Of a stretch of DNA of 64,000 bases, positions 58,135 through 64,000 are shown piece by piece. Below the pieces are notes generated by a model. That model searched no databases. It saw only the letters and a program-made list of their open reading frames with translations, and had not been told where the DNA came from. This DNA comes from Candidatus Bathyarchaeia archaeon (GTDB lineage Archaea > Thermoproteota > Bathyarchaeia > Bathyarchaeales > Bathycorpusculaceae), in NCBI GenBank assembly GCA_049512075.1, contig JBEKXL010000008.1, forward strand, positions 33,836 to 97,835, given 5' to 3'. Position numbers and translations under genes: made by a program. The number at the start of each line of letters is the position of its first letter. Position 1 is the first letter of the stretch.

Positions 58135-59457
58135 ATGAAAACAAGAACTGCATTTTTCAAACTCGCAATAATCGGTTCATTAATGATAACTCTCCTTACA
58201 ATTCCTCACCTTACTTTTTCACAGGAGGACTTCACAGGAAACGTGGATCTGTTCACCCAGAAAACGCCTTTTAGCGGAATAGGACCGAACAATCCAAGTG
58301 ACGCATTCGCACCCCAAGAACTGGTCATTCTCTATGCACGTGTAACATTCAATAAGGCTCCCATATCGAACAATATCGTGGGCTTTCAGGCTGACGGCCC
58401 CATAAACGCAATACAAAACATAACATTGATTGGAGCCGCAACGACAAACGTTAGTGGAATAGCCGAGTTCTCGTTTCGCATGCCAATACCTCCCGTCAAT
58501 GCAGAGGAGACAATCTTCGGCGAATGGCACGCGATAGCGACGGTCGAAATAGACCAAGTAGTCGTGAACGATACTCTAACCTTTAGAGCTGGCTGGATAA
58601 TAACTATAAAAAGCATCGCAACCCTTAATGACAAATTGAGCCCGCAAACGGACTTCACCAGACAAAGCACTGTAGTTTTCAACTTAACGCTGGAAAACAT
58701 CGCGTTCACTCCCAAACCTGCGGCAATAACAATAGACACCCAAGACGGTGCAGGGCATCCCATAATGCACACAGAACTGGACAACTTGACCATTCCGCCC
58801 GGCGAAAGCAACGCACAAGCCTCTTCAACGATACCCGAAAACGCAACACTCGGAGAAGAAAATGCTTCAGCCACACCTTTCACATCTCCGCCCACAAGCG
58901 GAGGAACACCCTACAGTCCATCTGTTTACACCACGTTCAACATCGTGACCACAGTTGAAGAACACGATGTTGCGATAACGGGCGTCAATCCGTCTACAAC
59001 CCAAGCCTACGTGGGCCAAAGCGTAGAGATAACGGTCGAGGCAGCAAACCTCGGCGACTTCTCAGAAACCTTCAACGTAACAGTGTACTACGACACCAAC
59101 CCTATTCAGGTCATACCCGTGATTTCACTGTTGCCTCACTCCTCAAAAACGATCACGGTAGAATGGAACACTGCAAACGTCAGCCCAGGCGTCTACACAA
59201 TAAGCGCAAACGCCACGATTGTGGAAGGCGACGTAAACCCCAGCAACAACAACTTCGTAGACGGCAGAATAACCATAATTTCTGCACCCCCACCTTTCGC
59301 CCCATCTGGGATACTTCTCACTCTAATTCTAGCAGGCCTAGGCATCCTAGCAGGACTTGCCTTCCTAATACTACTGCTAGCCCACTACTCCAGAAAGAGA
59401 AAAAGAAAAACCCGCAGAGCGCCACAATATGTGATAATCGTGCACCCGCACATATAA
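58135..59457 (+). CDS. Membrane-anchored 'SDxFAPQ' module + CARDB protein
   Basis: Signal peptide; SDAFAPQ; HDVAI...NLGDFSETFNV CARDB; TM + RKRKRK. Confidence 0.82.
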   Translation: MKTRTAFFKLAIIGSLMITLLTIPHLTFSQEDFTGNVDLFTQKTPFSGIGPNNPSDAFAPQELVILYARVTFNKAPISNNIVGFQADGPINAIQNITLIGAATTNVSGIAEFSFRMPIPPVNAEETIFGEWHAIATVEIDQVVVNDTLTFRAGWIITIKSIATLNDKLSPQTDFTRQSTVVFNLTLENIAFTPKPAAITIDTQDGAGHPIMHTELDNLTIPPGESNAQASSTIPENATLGEENASATPFTSPPTSGGTPYSPSVYTTFNIVTTVEEHDVAITGVNPSTTQAYVGQSVEITVEAANLGDFSETFNVTVYYDTNPIQVIPVISLLPHSSKTITVEWNTANVSPGVYTISANATIVEGDVNPSNNNFVDGRITIISAPPPFAPSGILLTLILAGLGILAGLAFLILLLAHYSRKRKRKTRRAPQYVIIVHPHI

Positions 59458-59832
59458 CGAGTGTCATTGAGCGCGCGCGTTATCGCGTCTCCTCCGCCCG
59501 CGCTAACCGACAAATCTCCGAGGAGAGTGATGGCCACCATTAAGACCACTGTCCCCTTCCCCCCATGCCCCTCCCCCCTCAGGTTATCATTAATACAAGC
59601 AATGCCAAGGCCATTAAGCCTTTTGAAACTATCTTCTAGTCTTAACACAGAATGCGAAAAAAGATTCCATCGAACTGAATTCAAAGACTCCTTGACACAT
59701 CTACGTACTAAGTGTTCGTGCTTCCTATGAATGGCTCCGTGGAGAACAGGAAGGCATGTTGAAAACTCAAAAGCACACGTCGTTGAACGCACGCACTCAA
59801 CGCAAAGTATTTCCCAAGAAACCCGAGTCTCG

Positions 59833-60789
59833 TCACATATTTTTTGAGTAGATCTCTTTTCGACTCGGAACCTTGGCCACTAGACAAGCCAAGAAACTGC
59901 CCAATGGAGCGAACGCGCTGGCAGCAGACGTGCTCTTGGCTTCTTTGACCAACTCGGACACGGTCAGATCTTGTTCTGACTGAGGATAAAACCGCATTTC
60001 ACTCGTGACCTTTACCACTTCGGTACTGTTGGGGTACAGCGTTCCAGAATACGTGTAAGGACTCGTTCCAATTACTGCGTAGCCTATCGTCAGGTTTTCA
60101 TCCAGCAACATGCTCACCAGACGCGTTGTCTGATTGTCTGTGTCCTGTGGAAAAATAATGTCCGACCAGCCCATGTAGGCTTTGGCACCCCTGTGAATGA
60201 AAGCCGTGGCCATCTGTTCACATCCTGGCTTCAAGCTCTGGCAGCCCATGGCTATCACGATGCTGTTGGAGAAAATCCCCTCCATGTAATCTTCAACAAA
60301 TTTCGACGTGACAACAAAATATTCCTCGCCTGGCCTATTGTAGAACTCACCCAATGCCAAGTAGCCATCATCCAATTCTTGATCATGAATCCCGGAAGCG
60401 TACTTCTCAGACGTGAACAGATCTACCGTCGAGTTGTCGTTTCTCAGCGCCGAGTGAGCCCTCAGTACTATGATTCCGTAGTTGTAGGTCGCTAGTTTCT
60501 TGTAGAATTCAACGTCTATCGTCCCTCCGTAGTAGGTCACGTTGAAGCCGTGATTCTGCAGAATGCTGGTAACGTTGGCCACAAATGACGGGTCTGGAAA
60601 ATCCGCTCCCAGCTGATCAACTATCGCCGCGGTAAGCGGGAACTTGGCTTCAGGCCGCAGAAATAGACCGGAAAAAACAAGTCCCAAAGCTATGATAAGC
60701 ACAAGAATTCCTGAGAATATGGCAACCCGGCTTTTTCTCCCTAAGGTCTTCTTCTCTTTCTTTGGAAAATCCTTAGCTTTCTTAACCAT
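59833..60789 (-). CDS. Membrane-anchored protein, possible clan CD (His/Cys) peptidase fold
   Basis: N-terminal TM; IIVLRAHS...IVIAMGC...AFIHRGAKAYMGW. Confidence 0.65.
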   Translation of the reverse strand: MVKKAKDFPKKEKKTLGRKSRVAIFSGILVLIIALGLVFSGLFLRPEAKFPLTAAIVDQLGADFPDPSFVANVTSILQNHGFNVTYYGGTIDVEFYKKLATYNYGIIVLRAHSALRNDNSTVDLFTSEKYASGIHDQELDDGYLALGEFYNRPGEEYFVVTSKFVEDYMEGIFSNSIVIAMGCQSLKPGCEQMATAFIHRGAKAYMGWSDIIFPQDTDNQTTRLVSMLLDENLTIGYAVIGTSPYTYSGTLYPNSTEVVKVTSEMRFYPQSEQDLTVSELVKEAKSTSAASAFAPLGSFLACLVAKVPSRKEIYSKNM

Positions 60790-60857
60790 CAACAGATAGA
60801 CTCCGAGATACAATCAACGTCTTTCACACTTCAAAGAGAAGAAGTGCGCGGAGTCGC

Positions 60858-63800
60858 CTATCTTCTTTTCCGTCTCATGAAGCTTAAAGCAAAGGCGAAC
60901 ATGGCCACCAACGTCAAGTAGGCGCCCATCTGCCACGCGGAAGGCTTCCTTACCATCAGCATGGAATAACCTCCCACCGAAGTGGTGGAGGTGGGGGTGT
61001 TGGAGTTGTAGTAGGCTGTCGCCACGTGCGGCCCATCCATGGTTACACTTATCGATGTAACACCCGCTCCCCGGAATGTTCCGTCAACGTCCCAAGTCAA
61101 GAACGTGTAACCCGAAACTGGCGGCGCTACCAGATTAACGTTGGTGGAGGAATCATACCAACCCGCTCCCGGCACCGAGGCTGGGTTGGTAACCAAGGTC
61201 AGGTAGTATTGAGTCTTCCAAGCCCAAGTTATGCTCGAAGCTTGTGATATTGTGAAGGAGGTACTCGAACCTGTTCCCGAAATTTGAGCGCTTCCAGATC
61301 CAGTCCAGCCAATGCAGAGGTACTGAACCCCCGTTGCACCTGGAGTTGGAGATGTCACCTGAGCGGCTATGCTCGCACCGTCGTCAAACCACCCGTTAGC
61401 CGGAGTTGGTGAACCGTGGGGAGAGGAAGAGCTGAAGTAGAACTGCGTCTTGTAAGTGCCCGTGAGGTTCCCCGAGCCGGAGACCACCAGCGTTCCCACT
61501 CGAGAGCTTGATAGCCCTGTGGTGCTCGTCCAAACGTACTGCTTGCCGTTTACAGTCACGACCAGAGGTGACTGGAACGTGAAATCATGGGATGTGCCGT
61601 TGTCCAGCCAGTACATTCTTGGCAGTTGAGCCTCGGTGTAGTTGACCAAATCCATCGAGACGATGGCGTCTGTGAAGTCTGAGCCCACTCCTGCCTGGTC
61701 GACGGTTACTCTGTACTGGGCTACGTAGTTCGCGGTTACAGTCTGTGCTACGTCCATCGAAACGTTGGTCGGTATTCTTGTCGGATCTGAGATTTCAGTC
61801 ATGTTGCTAGTCGTCCATCCGTTAAACCTGTATCTCGAAAGGCCCGGCACGATGTCAACGTACGCGTCTGTAGATATCGTTGCGTTGGTTCCAGCGTCGT
61901 ACCATCCTGCACCGGTTGGAGTGTCTGTGCCCGTCGGGCTTGTCGCGAGCGTGAGATAGTACTGCGTCTTGTAGTATCCTATGACACTTCCTGAGACTGT
62001 CACGACTATTGACCCACTCTGAGATGTGGACAGCCCTGTGGTGGAAGTCCAAACGTACTGCTTGACATTGGGACTAACTACGAGCGGTGACTGGAAAGCG
62101 AAAGAGTGCACCGAATCAAGAGTCCACCAGAACGAAACCGGCAGCTCAGCTTCGGTGTAATTGACGCCATCAACCGTTAGAACTGTGCCTGTCCAGTCTG
62201 GACCTACGCCTGGGTCGAAAGTGATTTGGTAACTGATTTGAGCAACGTAGTTGCCTGTCATGCTTCCAGATCCTGACACTAAGAGAGAGCCGCTCTGTGT
62301 TGTTGCTAGCCCTGAAGTGGAGCTCCAACTGTACTGTAGACTAGCGTTGACAGAAAGCGGTGACACGAAAGCGAAGGAGTGCGAAGAGCCACTGTCCCAC
62401 CAGAACGAGACTGGCAATGTGCTAACAACGTACGTGTTTGAATCAACTGTTAGGACGGTTCCCGTAGCGTCAGTCCCTACACCTGTCTGGCCAAAGGTTA
62501 TCTGATATTGAATCTGATAGTTGCCCGTAATTGTCATCGTTCCCGTTACGGTTGCGGGCGACGGTAGGCCAGAGACGCCTAGCAGATTGAATCGTTCTCC
62601 GCTGTTTGAACTCGACACGTTGCCGTATGAATACGTGATTGAGGCGCCGTTGTCCACCCAAGCATTGTACGGTAGCTGCCCGAAGTTCACGGGGACCCCA
62701 CTGACGATTACAATCGTGCCGGACGCCGATGAATCAAGACCTGTGTGGCCAAATGTGACCGTGTACTGAGTCTTCCAGTTCCACACGATATTTGATGGTG
62801 TAGCAATCGTGAACATCAAAGACAGACCGCTCCCAGACGCTGGAACACTTCCCGTACCAGTCCACCCCGTACAAACGAACTGAACCCCTGAACCGCCCGA
62901 CACGGGTGACGTGACCGACTCGGTGATGCCTGAACCAGAATCAAACCAGCCGCTCACAGGACTCGGAGAATCATAAGCAGAAGTCACCGTCAAATAATAC
63001 TGAGTCTTCCAACCCCAAGTAATAGCCGAAGCAGCGCCAATCGTGAACGTCACAGACGAACCGCTCCCAGACGCTGGAACACTTCCCGTACCAGTCCACC
63101 CCGTACAAACGAACTGAACCCCTGAACCGCCCGACACGGGTGACGTGACCGACTCGGTGATGCCTGAACCAGAATCAAACCAGCCGCTTGAGGGAGAGGG
63201 TGAGTCATATGGCGACGTGGCTGTGAAGTAGTATTGAGTCTTGTAGTTGCCGATTATGCTTCCATAAGCTGACACGGTTATGCTGCCGCTTTGCAAAGAG
63301 GAAAGACCTGTCGTGCTGGTCCAAACATACTGTTTCGAGTTTGCGCCCACTATGAGTGGGGATTGGAAGGCAAAGCTGTGCAGGGAGCCTACGGTCCACG
63401 TGAAGGAAACGGGCAACTGGGATCTGGAATAGCTCACGGAGTCGACTGTGATGACTGTTCCTGTGAAGTCTGAGCTAACTCCCACTTGGTCGAATGTTAT
63501 TTGATTCTGTATGATGTAGTTTCCAACAACGCTTCCTGAAGCCGTCACACTCAACGTTCCACTCTGAAAAGTTGAGAGCCCTGAGGTCGAGCTCCAATTG
63601 TATTGCTTGCTTCCGACGACTAGTGGTGAAGCAAACGAGAAGCTGTGGCCTGATCCACTGTCAAACCAGAACATAACTGAGAGACCGTTCACGCCATAAT
63701 TGACACCATCCACTGTCACTACTGTTCCAGTGTAGTCCGAGCCAACGCCAGTCTGATCGAAAGTGATTTGGTACTGAGTCTTCCAGTTCCAGACGATGGT

Positions 63801-64000
63801 TGAAGCCGCATTAATCGTGAAAGTCACTGATGAACTGCCGCCAGATGCAGGAATGCTTCCTGTTCCCGTCCATCCTGTACACACATGCTGAACCCCTGAA
63901 CCGCCCGACACGGGTGACGTGACCGACTCGGTGATGCCTGAACCAGAATCAAACCAGCCGCTCACAGGACTCGGAGAATCATAAGCAGAAGTCACCGTCA
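60858..64000 (-). CDS. Large Ser/Thr/Gly-rich repeat surface protein, 5' end outside the window
   Basis: Recurrent ~78-85-aa modules ending [WY]KTQY; C-terminal VGG + TM + RRKRR; frame open to the window edge. Confidence 0.9.
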   Translation of the reverse strand, partial: TVTSAYDSPSPVSGWFDSGSGITESVTSPVSGGSGVQHVCTGWTGTGSIPASGGSSSVTFTINAASTIVWNWKTQYQITFDQTGVGSDYTGTVVTVDGVNYGVNGLSVMFWFDSGSGHSFSFASPLVVGSKQYNWSSTSGLSTFQSGTLSVTASGSVVGNYIIQNQITFDQVGVSSDFTGTVITVDSVSYSRSQLPVSFTWTVGSLHSFAFQSPLIVGANSKQYVWTSTTGLSSLQSGSITVSAYGSIIGNYKTQYYFTATSPYDSPSPSSGWFDSGSGITESVTSPVSGGSGVQFVCTGWTGTGSVPASGSGSSVTFTIGAASAITWGWKTQYYLTVTSAYDSPSPVSGWFDSGSGITESVTSPVSGGSGVQFVCTGWTGTGSVPASGSGLSLMFTIATPSNIVWNWKTQYTVTFGHTGLDSSASGTIVIVSGVPVNFGQLPYNAWVDNGASITYSYGNVSSSNSGERFNLLGVSGLPSPATVTGTMTITGNYQIQYQITFGQTGVGTDATGTVLTVDSNTYVVSTLPVSFWWDSGSSHSFAFVSPLSVNASLQYSWSSTSGLATTQSGSLLVSGSGSMTGNYVAQISYQITFDPGVGPDWTGTVLTVDGVNYTEAELPVSFWWTLDSVHSFAFQSPLVVSPNVKQYVWTSTTGLSTSQSGSIVVTVSGSVIGYYKTQYYLTLATSPTGTDTPTGAGWYDAGTNATISTDAYVDIVPGLSRYRFNGWTTSNMTEISDPTRIPTNVSMDVAQTVTANYVAQYRVTVDQAGVGSDFTDAIVSMDLVNYTEAQLPRMYWLDNGTSHDFTFQSPLVVTVNGKQYVWTSTTGLSSSRVGTLVVSGSGNLTGTYKTQFYFSSSSPHGSPTPANGWFDDGASIAAQVTSPTPGATGVQYLCIGWTGSGSAQISGTGSSTSFTISQASSITWAWKTQYYLTLVTNPASVPGAGWYDSSTNVNLVAPPVSGYTFLTWDVDGTFRGAGVTSISVTMDGPHVATAYYNSNTPTSTTSVGGYSMLMVRKPSAWQMGAYLTLVAMFAFALSFMRRKRR
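62826..63188. repeat. Identical 129-bp direct repeats, 234-bp period
   Basis: 62826-62954 = 63060-63188. Confidence 0.9.
63888..64000. repeat. Third repeat copy
   Basis: 63888-64000 = 62880-62992. Confidence 0.9.

Noticed and set aside
62826-64000. CRISPR array
   Set aside because: Repeats are over 100 bp, in frame within a CDS, and no cas genes are present.

Overview
This is an archaeal chromosomal window, most likely Bathyarchaeia (TACK). That call is inferred from unsplit Rpo1 and Rpo2, L30e, archaeal NusA, a tRNA-Leu(CAA) with a BHB intron and TATA/BRE promoters. From left to right it holds: two thiolase/DUF35 pairs; a type III PKS-like condensing enzyme; a B12 acyl-CoA mutase operon with isobutyryl-CoA-mutase signature residues; an Smc5/6-like SMC-kleisin-KITE operon; rpoB-rpoA-L30e-nusA; a tRNA-adjacent cluster of secreted proteins; nadA and a NikR module; and an Opp/Dpp ABC transporter inside a large cluster of surface proteins. 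The strongest candidate for an undescribed system is a cellulosome-like cohesin-dockerin network apparently aimed at peptides. Dockerins occur on the ABC substrate-binding protein, an S53 peptidase, adaptor proteins and a stand-alone secreted protein, and cohesin-like domains occur on anchored and secreted scaffolds. Six of these genes share a 15-bp palindrome (consensus TGGAACA-W-TGTTCCA) just upstream of BRE/TATA. All calls come from reading motifs by eye; no database searches were run.
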